A stretch of DNA of 64,000 nucleotides, taken from positions 156,886-220,885 of the forward strand of contig CT868673.1 of assembly GCA_000165425.1 (NCBI GenBank), written 5' to 3'. Shown in pieces: positions 1-14,483 of this stretch; positions within the stretch are counted from its first letter, which is position 1, and every line of letters starts with the position of its first letter. The translations under genes were made by a program, and so were the position numbers. The stretch comes from Paramecium tetraurelia (taxonomy: Eukaryota). The notes beneath the pieces were generated by a model. That model ran no database searches. It was given only the letters and a program-made list of their open reading frames with translations, and had not been told where the DNA came from.

Positions 1-869
1 GATTGGCAGAATTTTGTTTTAGTTTTCTTAGAGGAACGATGGGGGATTTATGTTTGGCATGAAGATGGGTTTTAAAAGAGTTGAGCTCAGCGCTATATAA
101 ATACGGGAAAGATTTACTTGGATAACAATTAATCTAACGAATTTACAATTTAATCGGTTGATTACACCATTAAGTAATGTAATAGCTTTTTGTTGTGATG
201 AAGCACATGATAATTTTTATCTATCAAAGCCAATCCATATGGTAGACAATTAAGAAGATCTTCGTCCAAAGCAACATTGGCGTTCTTTTCTGGGTGTGGC
301 GATTTCTCCTCGAGCAGATCCTATTAGACTTGATCCCCGTAACTCAAGTGAGCAATGGGATTTGCTTACTTTTATGGAGGAGTGTTGGGACTCGTTGTAT
401 TCTTTTCTAAGGGTTATTTTTCTAAATGCAACAGAGTATGGTTGAGTGGTTACCAGAGAACAAACAAAATGAATTCAAACAAGGCAAATAGTGAATAAAA
501 TTAGATCATCATCCTTAAAAATATGTACAGGTAGAGTAAATGAGTCAAAATTTAATAACATTTATTGCTATTTCTCAATATGTTTTCAATTGTAAGTAAA
601 TAGATTAGGAGGAAGTAATTGTTAATGCTTTGGACATTATAAAATATAATTTCCAATTAAATAATTATCTAGAATTGAACCACTATGTTAATGATGTCCT
701 CTTTCTGTTTTGCATAAATGAGACAGAAAATTATTAAATTCAATAATATTCCAATTGCATTCTGAGTCAATACCAGCATCTCTTTAGTCTCTTGATTTCC
801 AGCCTGTATTAAACTTATTAAATTTTATAACATCAATTAGGTCAGCAATAGCTTTGTTTTTAATTGCAT
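1..869 (-). CDS. Membrane protein with N-terminal hydrophobic segments and a PAS-like segment (possible sensor histidine kinase); runs off the window start
   Basis: ATG at 869. Code-6 translation MQLKTKLLLTQLMLQNLISLIQ... has several hydrophobic stretches. Downstream DLLNCLPYGLALIDKNYHVLHHNKKLL resembles the start of a PAS domain. 3' end is outside the window. Confidence 0.55.
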
Positions 870-886
870 TATATATATATATATAT
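870..886. repeat. (TA)n microsatellite immediately upstream of the first gene's ATG
   Basis: tatatatatatatatat run seen directly. Confidence 0.7.
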
Positions 887-1745
887 AAATTAGGAATATA
901 AATTAATTATTTAAATTCAAAGCCTTTCGAAAACCATATTAATCTCTAAATCTTATATAATCAAATATTGGTAACCATCAAGAAAATTCAAAAATAAAAC
1001 TACTATTTTTTATATTTAATTTTAATTCAAATATGAAATAATTACTCAATTGTATTGGAAGAAGTACACAATTAAAATATAACATTTTAGATTTAGAAAC
1101 AATACTCCAAGGATGGATTTCAAGATATACCCTATTTGAGAATTGAAATATAAAACTTACAATTGTTTCTAAGAATCAAAATATAACTAAAAAGTGAGAG
1201 AATAGTTCCTATTTTTCCTAGAAAAAATTAATTATTGAATTTAATACTTTTAATTTTAATAAATATTTATCCTATAAGACACAGTTGAAGTAGTATTCTT
1301 ATTTTTAAGAAAATACCAATAATAATTTCCTCTTCTCAATTGTTTACAAAAGTGAAGTAATTGATCTCAAAATGATTCTTAACCTTCGATTGACTCAATA
1401 AAGTTAAGAGCACATTAAAAAAAAAGATTAAAAAAATATTTATAAATTCATTAAAATGAATATTTTAATTAATTTTAAAAATCAAAAGAATTAATTATAA
1501 TAGTTATTATTAATAATATGAATAAGTCATAAAGTACAGAAAAAATATTCATTCCTTAAGGAGCGAATATTGTATTGTATATTTGATTATCAAAAATAAA
1601 TTTCATATCAACTGAATATGATAATCAATTACACCTAATTTTAATTAATTAATAAATTAAATCAATAAAAGCATTTGAAGAAATGAAAATTTTTATTCAT
1701 AACATATATAATCACTTATTTTAGAATAATAATTTGATATTAATA

Positions 1746-4118
1746 TCATGAATATTATGCTGAGGGTAGTTGTTCTAATTATCTGCTTTATTAGAATTGG
1801 ACTTTTTATTTTTATGATTTTTTTTTTGAATTTTATAAAGATGTTTCAGAGATTTTCTACTTATACTCATCTCTTGTAATCATATTTTTAGTATGCTCTT
1901 CCTTCCATTCTCTTTAAATATTGTGCATTTATGTTCTATTTTCAGCCTCTTCTCTATGAAGCTCTTCATTCATTTGATAAGCTGTCTTCAATTCTTTATC
2001 ATAAGCCTAATTGAAATCCACTTTAGTCTTTACTAATCTCTTTGCTTACTCTGCAAGAATCTTCCTGTCTTTTAAATTAACTGATTCTATTCCTTCTTAA
2101 ACAATCAACTTTTCATTTTGTCTATTTTTAATTTCTCTTTCCAATCCTGAATGAATATAATGAAATAATTACCATCTTGTTGAGATTTCCAAGCCTTCAT
2201 TTCAACCATAGCTTTATTAGCATTCATATACTGTTATCTGAGTTTAGTTTCTCTTACTTCTGCTGCAATTCTCTACTCTTCTGCACTTTTAATGGACTTC
2301 TTTTAGCTGATCTTACTTTAGACCTCAATTAATTATTCTTCTCTAATCTTCTTCCTCAATTCTTCTTCCTTTTACTTTTTCAGTTTCTTTGCTTCTCTCT
2401 CCATATTTTTTTACTAAGACTCTGATCTTCTATGTGCCTTAATCTCTTATACTTTTTTCTACATTGAAGATAAATATTCATCTTTTGATTAGACTATCTC
2501 TTTTCTCTTTTCTTCCTCTTCTGCCTTTCTTTCAGCCTTTACAACTTCTAACCTATCTCTTAATTCAGCTAATGACATTTCCTCCAATAACCCATATCCC
2601 ATTGTTTCAGTAGGATCATATCCTTTGGTTCTCTTGATTGGTTATCTTTCTAATTCTCTAATTTATTTAATGAGTTCTTCTCTTTTAATTCTAATTTGTT
2701 CATCTTCTTATCTTTTTAACTCTAACTTTCTGGCCATTTCTAATTTTTGATCTTCTGCCATTTACTTATTCCTCTCTTATACTTTTTCAACTTGAATATG
2801 CACTTTCTTTTCTGCCTCTATAATTTGCTCAATCAATTACTTTTTATGTTCCACTTATTCTAATTACAATTCCTATCTTTCTTTCAATCTTTCAATGGCT
2901 TCTTCCTTCATTTTTTCTGCCAAGATTCTATTTTCTTTAAATTTATCTTCCTAAGCTCTCATAGCTGCTTCTCTTGCTAATTCCATTTCAATTTTCTTTT
3001 ATTATTAGTGTTCCATTTTTGCAATCTATTCGATTTCATCTTATTGTTTTTTCCATTCTTCAAATTCTCCAGAATCTCTAAGATTGACTTCCAGATTCTT
3101 GACTCTTTCTTTTTCAATTTCCTACTTCTTCTTAAGTAACATTTCTTCTCTTAGAATGGCAGCAGCATTCAATTTAATTTCAGCAGCTTCCAATTCAGTA
3201 GGTACTGGCCTCGCATACTTCATATTAAATTATAATTGCTTATTGAGTGTGTCTTCAACCTCTCTTTTGACTGTCTCGTAATTGGTTGGTCTCTGATCTG
3301 TTTTGAATTCAAATTATTTTGCTTCTTTATAATTATCTTAAACTTTCTTCTTCGATTATTCTAGTCTTTGTTTATTCTCCTCCTCAACCTACGAGAGGGT
3401 TCTTTTGTTTAAATAGGTTGGAACAGGTTTACTTTTGTATTATTCTGGTTTTGGAGGAGGAGGAGGTTCAGGTTTCTTTTTGGTTTCACTTAATTTAAAC
3501 GGGAGTGTTTTTGTTGGTTATTTTTTTGTGGCTGATTGAGGTCGTTCATCTTCTTCTACCAATTCACTTTGCTTGCCTGTTGCCCTTGAACTTAAAGTGC
3601 TCAATAAATCCTTCATCATGGGAAAGTGTTATTCGAGACCACCAATAACTGTTTCTTAAATGTATTGAGGATCGTATATTTCAATCCAAAGAGGTTTAAC
3701 GTGAGTTTGAATTTTCTCAATATCAAAAAGGAATTACAAGAGCACATTCATTTTGACTGGATCCTATTCACTTACCATTTTCTTGAATTCGTTATAAGGT
3801 AATTCATCCAATCTAAAGATGATTAGGTATGAAAATATTTGATAGAGAGTTCCATCGTTGCGATTGGTTGTACTTGACAATAATGTAAACATCGTTTTTG
3901 TGAGGATTTTAAGGAATTCCTCGTATCTTTGCACTCCGGAGAATACCTGTAAAGTTAAATCAAATGTTTACTTATTTCAGAAACATGATTTCAGTATCGA
4001 ATAACTTCTTGCAGTTTTCTTATATGTATTATTCACAATGAGAGTCAGGTGTTAATATCACTGGATTGTAGGATTTGATTAGATCAATCGCATGGGTTAT
4101 TAGTTACTAATATCTCAT
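1746..4118 (-). CDS. CFAP99: Cilia- and flagella-associated protein 99-like
   Basis: MRYQQLITHAIDLIKSYNP...NRNDGTLYQIFSYLIIFRLDELP...KLNAAAILREE...RDSGEFEEWKK followed by a long coiled coil. One 25-nt intron near 3947-3971; TGA at 1746-1748. Confidence 0.8.
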
Positions 4119-4296
4119 TAAAATTAAATAATATTTCAAAATTTTCTCATTCAAACCATTCATAAACAACCCACATATGAATCACTTGGATCTTTGAGGA
4201 GGACTTTATCAGAAATAAATTAGTATATATTTTTTGTTCATAGAATATTTATAAAATTTGAAGTAGTTCGAAAACACCACTTCAATATTAAAATTA

Positions 4297-4820
4297 ATGA
4301 GTGAAGAAGTCTGCTTTACAGAAATCAAAAAAAAGAACAGCAGCAAGCATTTCCCATTGATAGATCTTACTGAAATCAAACCTCAAGTCAGTTTCCTAGA
4401 GAGCCTATGTAAATTCATCCCTCTAATTTTATAGTATAGAAGAAATACCAACTCAACAAAAAGATATAATAATACACTCTCGGCAAGGTCTATTTGGAGT
4501 CCCATAACGAGAAAGCAATATTTAGAGTTTTTCAGGATTCTGATCTGAACATCTCTTCAATATTCTAAAAGAAACTTAATAAAACATCAGTTGATGACGA
4601 TGTTATGACTACCAGTTCTTAGATTGCCAATGCCAATAGACAAAATCGGAAGGACGTAATCTTTCGAATTTTTGAAGTAGAGAAACCTCAACGTCCTAAA
4701 TAGATTCCCTTAGAAGAAATGGAACGTTCTCTCTTTGGGTCTACTTAAGAAAACAACTCATTCTTCACACAATAGCTCCAAGTAACCAATGCTAGTAAAT
4801 TGTTTTTATCATAATAATGA
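4297..4820 (+). CDS. Hypothetical protein
   Basis: Code-6 frame MSEEVCFTEIKKKNSSKHFPLIDL... with one 26-nt intron (about 4409-4434), ending TAA TAA TGA. Confidence 0.65.
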
Positions 4821-4859
4821 ATTATTCAATAAATTATATAATACTTACTTAATTCTTGA

Positions 4860-5846
4860 ATGAGTAATTTCTATGATGAGAAAGGCTCCGCTCTGACTGA
4901 GAACAGGTATTACTAAGAATGCTATCTAAAGAAAGAAAAAGGCTTTGGAAAATGTGATCAATCAATTACGTAAATCAACTTCAAAATAATCCTATTCTCA
5001 TATACTCATATAACAATCCAAACCCTAAAGTTGCATTGAAAAATTGAATTCATCCTAATATTACTACTCAAGATCAAAATAAGATAGAAATATTATTAAT
5101 AGTTCTTTGCTTTAGGATATTGGGATTATAGATTTGGAGATCTAAAAAATGACTCTGGAGTATCATACTCCTGCCAATTAAACTTATATGATGAATTCGA
5201 ATCACAGATTATTGAATTTTAAAGCCGTTGTTTCCCAATAAAATTAAACAGATGTATCGAAGTCAGATTTTAAAATTTCATTTATAAATAAAATTAAAAA
5301 GTCCAATGACCATCATTATAAAGTAAATAAAAACAATGAAGGTTCATATTCAAAATTAGCAGAATCTTTGAGAAACAGTTCAAACTAAAATAATATGGTT
5401 GAAGTTAAAATTATTGATATACCTAAATAAAACGTATTAACAACAAAAAACCAAGATAGCCATTAAAATATTATGACGTAAAAATTTTTCTATTTAATTT
5501 TTAGAAGTCAAAATCATTAAGTTAAAAAATAATCTTTAAAAATAAATTCTGAGAGAAACAAGGTTGCCTTTACTAAACCAATTTAAAAGCATAATTCATT
5601 TCATGCAAAGGAGTCTAGTGATATTCAAACCAATTTGAGACAAAATGTAATTGAAGCTAATTATTTTAGGTTCCAAAGAAATTATATGATGTGCATGATG
5701 AAATCAAGAAAATCATAAAGGATGATAATAAATTAGAGAAGGCAGTTAAAATTTATAATACTTTAAAGCAACTGGTTCAATAACAATCTATATTCTAATC
5801 AAGAGAGGTTGGCTAAAAAGATTATAAAAATAGAATAATCCAATGA
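4860..5846 (+). CDS. Hypothetical low-complexity N/K/S-rich protein
   Basis: MSNFYDEKGSALTENR|KKKALENVINQLRKS...; short GT..AG introns restore the frame; TGA at 5844-5846. Confidence 0.6.
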
Positions 5847-5955
5847 ATTTTATAAATTTGGATAATATTAACTCTTTTTATTCTTTATAAAATAATTTTC
5901 AATATTTATATTGATTCTTATATAATAATTTATTTATAATTTATCGTCTTTATTT

Positions 5956-6640
5956 ATGAGCTTTGAACGCTATCATTCCTCGAAATCAAATTTTGAATCT
6001 GATAACAACTAGTGCAATCACAATGGAAACAATCACGTGCGTTTGAAATATGCTCCAATTAAAATTATTCAAAATAAAGTAGGAGACTGTGAGAAGAAAC
6101 GAAAATATCCTCAATTAAATTTGCGATTTTAACCAGCTGATGAAATCACAGTAACATTTTCATTTAAAGTAGACTCGTTAAGATCCAAATGTTACTATTC
6201 CTCTAAGTTTTCTATAATAATTAATTCAATAGGCATATTCAAATAAATAATTACGCACTATCAATAACCCATCAATTCGCATTGAAGAAAATAGGAATGA
6301 TGCAGTGGAAGAGTTAATAAAATAAATTGAAATCCAATAGAAGGGTATTTACCCAATTGATGGTATTATAATATTATTATATTTTATAACAGAGGAACAA
6401 AAATTGTAGAACATCCTCTTATCAAACCACATGAACTTTATACTTGAAAACGATGATGCAAAGGAGATTATTGATAACTTCTTTTTAGATAACTTTAACC
6501 TAAAACCTCATTTTTGGACCTGGCTAAAATAATTAGAAATAAAAGCCATCTAAGACATGTACATTCATTGTCATTTTGATCCCAAAAGGATAACAATGCC
6601 AAGATATGTTCAAACTATTATTTCAAAAACTCTCTATTGA
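5956..6640 (+). CDS. Hypothetical protein (exon structure uncertain)
   Basis: MSFERYHSSKSNFESDNN... and last exon ...NLKPHFWTWLKQLEIKAIQDMYIHCHFDPKRITMPRYVQTIISKTLY*. Middle splice sites are ambiguous. Confidence 0.5.
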
Positions 6641-7981
6641 ATTTTATTCAAAACATGCTTATGCTTAAATATTGCGAAGTGATTTATCTGATAAGCTAAA
6701 ATATTTATCTTAAATTGGAGAAATATTTAATAAAATTGCAAAGCCATAAGAGTTTTATTATTTTAAATCAAGGTGATACCAAACTGTAATCATATGAGCT
6801 TAAATTATTTTTCTGTATATTAGTTAATAAAATAATAATATCAAAATACATTTCAATTCTTCAAAAAGGCTAAAGAAATCACTCTTAACAATCAGTCACT
6901 TTCAATATTAATTAAATTCAGTTATGAATTATCCAATCAGATAGATTAGAAAATGGATGTTTAATAATGATATTCTAATAAAGATTACAGATATTCCATC
7001 TAAGATGAACATAAATCGTTTGAGCTGTCAATAGAAATTAATACCACCAACACAATTTATTAAGTAACCACTTTTTTTTTTATCAAAACCTTAAAATTTT
7101 ATTAACCATTTTTTTGTCACTCCAATTAAATATTGATTAAAAGGTTCTATTAGGATAAGAATATCGAAATAAAAAATTCCTCGATTAAACAATTAAAACA
7201 CATTTCGCCTATGATCATTATAAATCATAATAATTTTGGATGATAACATTTAGGATATATATAGTTTTTAAATAATTTTTCCCTTCGAATTTAAAAGAAA
7301 AATAAAGTCTTAATTCACAATTCAGAGTAATAAACCCTCTATTATATTTTTAATATACTTGAATTCGATTTCCTTAATAAGTTTTAACAACATATTAGAT
7401 AATCAAATATTGCAAGAATATGATTTAACTACATGTGATTTGAATAACCATTTCATTTTTACAGAATTAAGATTATATTGAATAAAATTGATAGTAAGTA
7501 CGAAAAATAATAAAACAGTAAGCAGTTGTTGCATTGCTAATAAATTCTTAGGAAATACTGGTGTCTAGAATTGTGTTAATTTGATTCTGATTCAGTGACT
7601 TGAATTTTAAATTTAATAAAATCATAAACTCAACTCTATTAGAATAAGAGCGAATTAGTAAGAATATCTATGACATCAACAAGATTTAATAAAATTAATA
7701 AGAAATGATGATATTTAATTGATTAAATGATGGCTATTTAATTTTTTAAAAATCCTTCAAAATAAGACGGATGAGGGTTAAAGATGGTTTAGGTATCTAT
7801 TTTCCACATGGATATTGTTATCCATACAGAATTGTAATATTGCTTAGAACGATGTGTAATAATTCTTGAATAAATTAAATTTATGTTTAAAAAAAGGATA
7901 AGATTTATTTATTGAATGTGTAATAATAACTCACTATGTAAATGTAATCTTTTTGAAATCTCATTATAAATATATATATCA

Positions 7982-8630
7982 ATGGAGCCTTAATTTGATG
8001 GTAGTTAAACCAAAAAGAAATATGCCGTAATAACACCAGCTGTTAGGATGGCATTTATAAAAAGAGTTCAATCAAGACAGTCAACGATCAAGTAGGCTGC
8101 TCAAGAATTTGGAATAAAGTTTAGTACATCAAAGGCTATATTGTAAACCTACAAGAGAGAAGGGAGAGTGGGCAAGAAAAAGACGAGGTCTAGAAGAAGC
8201 ATTTTTAAAAATGAATCAAAGCAAGAAAAGCAAGATGAGAAATAATAACCAATTGATTCAAAAAATGAACAAAAATCTCTCTAAATACCTTAACCAATGA
8301 ATCAAAGTCAAATGAGTTTCCAATAATTACAAGCCTAATAATTTCAAACATTATTATTAAGTCTTTCAATGAACCCATTTTTACTTCTACAGTAGTAATT
8401 ATTTTATCTATTACTTTAGAAACTAATACTTATAGCAAAGTCTTCTTTAAACTCCTACTCCGTAACTGTTTTATTACCAATAGTAACTTAATAGCCTGAG
8501 AACATAGGCTTAATAACAATAATTTGGAAAGATACCAGATTCGAGATAACTAATAACTCCAGTTTATTCAAGCAAATTATTGGATACGAAATCGGATGAA
8601 ATCGGAGCAACTTTGAAGGATTTTAATTGA
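7982..8630 (+). CDS. Helix-turn-helix (homeodomain-like/psq-like) DNA-binding protein with Gln-rich tail
   Basis: KKKYAVITPAVRMAFIKRVQSRQSTIKQAAQEFGIKFSTSKAILQTYKREGRVGKKKTRSRR gives an HTH pattern plus a basic NLS-like stretch, then a Q-rich region. One 25-nt intron near 8395-8419. Confidence 0.7.
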
Positions 8631-8714
8631 ATTATGAAGATGATGCATTATTAATTTACACTCATAATTTAAATTCTTATTTTCGCTTTAATTTAATTCA
8701 TTAATAAATTTTCA

Positions 8715-9023
8715 ATGGGAGCAAATTCATCTAATACAATGAAACCAGAAGAAATAAAGTCAGATAAAAACGTCGTCGTCTACGGTTCAGACAACTGCCC
8801 TTATTGCTTTAAAGTGAAAAAGATTTTTGAAGAATTAAAAGTTCAGATCGATTATAGGAATATAGATGAGAATAAAGAATATGATGAATAAAAATAGAAA
8901 TTGATGAATGGCTTAAAATATGATACTATCCCTTTGGTATTCATAAAGAATAAGTTTATTGGGGGCTGTTCAAATGTGAAAGAATTAGAGGCCAAAGGAG
9001 AACTCTTAAGCTAAGTATAATGA
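8715..9023 (+). CDS. GRX: Dithiol glutaredoxin (CPYC)
   Basis: Intronless 102 aa: VVVYGSDNCPYCFKVKKIF...TIPLVFIKNKFIGGC, i.e. active site CPYC, TxP cis-Pro motif and GG motif. Confidence 0.93.
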
Positions 9024-9343
9024 CTTACATTTAAATCCACAATATTCATAATAATTTAATTTATATCATCATAATACTTCTTAAAGTTTATTTGTCATTT
9101 CCTTTCTATTTTCAATTCTGCTTCCTTTACACTTTTACACTTTCTCTTTGTTGATAATAGAAATTAAAGTTTTTTATTAAAAAATCTGGTTTCTGAAAGA
9201 GATATTTAAATGTCTAGCATATATGTTTTAAGAAGATGTATTTGTATATAGATAGTATATTCATGTATGCAATTTAAAGAGTAGAGTAGTTTTTTATAGA
9301 TTTTTAATAATCATTATTAAATTAGTGTCGTTATAAATTAAAT

Positions 9344-10580
<1,237 letters not shown>

Positions 10581-10589
10581 TATAAGTAA

Positions 10590-11910
10590 TCATTTATCAA
10601 CTTTCTGTTTGAAATTAAACTTCGGAAACTCCAAAGTTTTCACTCTTATGGAGAATCTATTGCATATTAAGAATAGAATTTACTTCATGATACTTTTGTT
10701 TGATATTTCTCCTCATATCGGGTAAAGTAGATTTAAAAAAGTAGATGTTTTTTTATCTTTATTGTCTTTCTCTAAGGGTATGAAGTTTTTCATTGAACTT
10801 CTCATCTTATTCTTTGTTTTTAGATACTTTTGTAGGTTGAGGAGGAAAGTTAATTTCTGGTTTGTAAGAGAAATGGGATTCGATTTCTTGTATTTTTTCT
10901 AGTTCTTTTTTTAAATTAGCATCATAAAATTGTTGTTTCTTTTTCAAGAAGTTCTCTTATTCACTTAAGAAGTGCTCAAATTATTCAGCAGTACTATTAT
11001 ATTCTTAGATATTCATAAAATAATACTTTTTGCTAAATCCAATTCCTATTAAACCACCTTGTCTTTCTCATCAATCATTTATTTCAATTTTGCTTTCTTC
11101 AATTTTATTTCATATTCATATCTTAAATGAATAGGCATTGTGGTGTAATCAGATTTACTACGTACTTCTCTATTAAAATTTTCAGTAGAGTCTGATTGTA
11201 CTTCATTAACATATTTATACTAAGTAGTTTTTTCATTAACATCATCTGGTTTGTCTTCTATTTCCTCATCGTATTCAAACTTAATTTTGGTTTTTTTTTT
11301 TAATTTATTTAATTTCTAAAGAGGCGGATAATCGCTTGAACTTTGAGTGGATTGATCTTTTTATTTGATAAAGTTGTTAAGTTCAAAGTGATGTTTCAAC
11401 CCCGACTCATAAATTTTAAGGGTTTCTTTTGATAAAATTGGTTTTTCCCAAAGTTTCTTCTCTTCTTCATTCTAGTACTTTTCTTGTTTCTCTTTAATTA
11501 CGCATTGCTTCCGTTTTTCCCATTTGAAGAGTCTTTCCACTACTTCTTTCTGCTCAGATTGTGATTGATGATGTTTATTTTCTATAGTAAAGTGAGATAC
11601 AGTGCTAATTAAATCCTTTTACTTAATTTGATATTTCTATAAAGGTGAGGTACTTGATGTAAAGCTTTTGAATTTCTAAAATACTATAGATTATTTCTTA
11701 TTTACATTATGATGATGACGAATTCTTGGCATAAGGTGATGCAGATGTTTGAATTGCACATTTTTTGTGCAGATTGTCTTATGTTAAATTAAAGCTTTTA
11801 CTTTGACTTGTTTTAATCTCTTCTGATTCTTCTTTTATTGTGTCATTCTTATTTGAATTGGATGCCTTTTATTTGAAATAGGACTATTAAGAAAACTTTC
11901 TTAAGTTCAT
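10590..11910 (-). CDS. Hypothetical protein with ERLxxW...P-type charged segments
   Basis: ATG at 11910 (MNLRKFSQQSYFKQK...), contains KEVVERLFKWEKRK...KPILSK. At least one short intron; TGA at 10590-10592. Confidence 0.6.
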
Positions 11911-12064
11911 GAATATAATAATAAAAATTTATTATTAATAATTTTAACTACTCCTATTTAATTTAGTTTATATATTATGAAAATTTGATATCATATCTTT
12001 TTATAGATGAGAATGATGAGAATAATAATATCTTATATTTGATTAGATATATTTTGAATTCAAT

Positions 12065-13466
12065 TCATTTCTATTTCTTTTTTTAGTCATCTGCATCTTC
12101 TCTAAATATGCATTCCATAACATCAGCTAATCCTTCAAAATTAAATTCAAATTTAGCAAGTGCATTTGGAAATTATGCAAAGGCTGATCCTTTAGCAATC
12201 AAGTATTGTTTTCCAAATTAATAAAATTAATAGACGATGTGAGCATCGTCATGAGGATTTTTAAAATCATCTATTTCATCTTGCTAAATAAGCTCCTGTA
12301 ACAAATCCCTTGCATTTGGTTAATCTTCGACTAGTTCATCTAGGCCTAGAGATTTAAGGAAAGCATCCACATCTTCCATATTTTTAAATTGTAAATGAAA
12401 TTTTGAGTGCTTAAAAAGGAGTGGGAATGTAAAGGCTTATTTATATTTCGAAAGGACCTTTTTTTATTACATTTTCTTTGATTGAGCTTGTTAAAGCATA
12501 AAAAGCCCCAAATTGAATACCTTTTTAGCAAGAGATGAATTAAATTTAGTTTTGAATTCAACCAAGAAACCTTCTAGTAAATACTTGATAAAAATTTAAT
12601 TCTTTTTCATCATCTTTTTCAATCCATTTTTTACACCAACACTTAACTCAACCTAAACCTCAACATCCTCACCCAATTATTCAGAAAAAGGAGTATATTA
12701 GGTCTCAATAAAGTCTTAGACTAAGGGATGTTTGACTGTAAATTGGATAATGAGCTAGAATAATAAATAAATTAATTACACTATCTGTATTTGATGAAAC
12801 CTACAAGTCACACTTTGAAAGAAATTCAACCATTTCTTAGGATTCTGGAGATTCGTCCTTTTATAATTTTTACAAAAACTCAGCGTATAATTATTAAAAC
12901 TTCTGTTTAGCTGTTTCAGGTTACAGAGCACGAATTATCAAGGTCACATCGAAAAACTTTCCTGGATTTAATTAGATTCCTTTTAATAACTTATTTTCAT
13001 TATTTAAAGCTTCTGCAATTCCTTTACCATTATATAAAATTGTGCTGTCAACTCTTAAATGACAGGGTTAATCACCATAATTTATTGCCCAATAGTGATG
13101 ATCAAATGTATTATCTTATTTCTCAAAGATAGAAATCCCAAATCTTGTGAATTATGAGTTAACCTTCTTAAGTAAATTCATTAGCTTCAGTTTAGTAAAT
13201 ACTAGTTTTTCTAAATGTCCATTTTTTCCGAATTGCCACCAATTCCAAAACTCATCAAACGATATCTGACCATCTTTATTTATATCTACAACTGACATTA
13301 ACTAGAAGATAAAAAATAACCATACCTTATCAACCTCTTCTTTGCTGAGTTCTTAATTGAGTTATTAGGCTATTGCATGAAGCTCTGACTTATCTACAAA
13401 TCCACTTCCATCTTTATCGAAGCTCTTAAAGACTTAATGTAACTCAGTTTTGCTTTATCCTATCAT
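12065..13466 (-). CDS. EF-hand calcium-binding protein (N-terminal EF pair plus long uncharacterised region)
   Basis: FKSFDKDGSGFVDKSEL and VVDINKDGQISFDEFWNWW are canonical EF loops. Introns near 13302-13325 and 12754-12778. Confidence 0.85.
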
Positions 13467-13827
13467 AAAAAATCAAAATATTATAAATAAAATAAAATGA
13501 TATCAAATATTATAAATATATTCTTAGTTATTATTATTTAACATAAACTATAAATATTATTGAACTATAAGGTAGTAATATGAAATAAATATAGATATTA
13601 ATAATTATAGTCAATGATCTTAATTGATCATTTATCGTTTTTAATCTATTTCATATAGTAATGAATTATGAATTTATTTCTCTTATTTTTCCATGAGCAA
13701 AGCCTTTTTCATTCTTTTTCATGATATTTCAATATAATTACAGGATTTATTTGAATGTTATTATAAGACTGAGTTTTTGATAATAAAAATTAAATCAAGT
13801 TTTTGTAATATTTAATTTAAATATTTT

Positions 13828-14441
13828 ATGTTATAATCACAATCAACTCACACAGCACCCATTCAATCTGCTAGTTACACAGTCACTCTCTTAAAAAAAC
13901 AACTTAGATGTAATTCATTAATCTTAAGTCTTTAGAATTGGAAGAGAGCAAAACAATTGAAGGAGTTTCTGTTGGTTTAGAGGGAAATAGTTTGTATTCT
14001 TGGAATATTAGCTTTGCAGGTCCTTCGGATACTTTATATGAAGGCGGATATTTTTAAGCCCTTATGAAATTTCCAGAAGATTATCCCAATTCCCCACCAA
14101 CTTTTAGATTTTAAACAGAAATGTGGCATCCAAATAGTATTTTGATTATCATTAACCGTAGTCTATACTGATGGAAGAGTTTGCATTTCAATTTTACATG
14201 CATAAGACGAATTAAATGATTAAGAACCCCCAGAAACAAGGTATAGTTTTGAGAGAATAATCTTAGATGGAGACCAATTCTAACACCAGAAGATGTTTTA
14301 ATATCTATAGTTTCAATGTTGTCTGAGCCTAATATCAATTCACCTGCAAATGTTGATGCTGGAATTCAATTCAGAGATAAACCTGATGAATATAAGAAAA
14401 AAGTGAGAAAATTGATTGATAAAGCATTAGAAAATTTATGA
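13828..14441 (+). CDS. Ubiquitin-conjugating enzyme E2, UBC7/UBE2G/CDC34 family
   Basis: GPSDTLYEGGYF, FPEDYPNSPP, MWHPNIYTDGRVCISILH plus the acidic loop insertion (AQDELNDQEPPETRW) typical of UBE2G/CDC34, and SPANVDA. Three short introns. Confidence 0.93.
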
Positions 14442-14483
14442 CTGCGTATATATAAAAAAATAAAATCAAAATTGCAATTAATG

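Noticed and set aside
1033..1146. Short plus-strand ORF with a possible 27-nt intron
   Set aside because: Under 40 codons, no recognisable motif; insufficient support.
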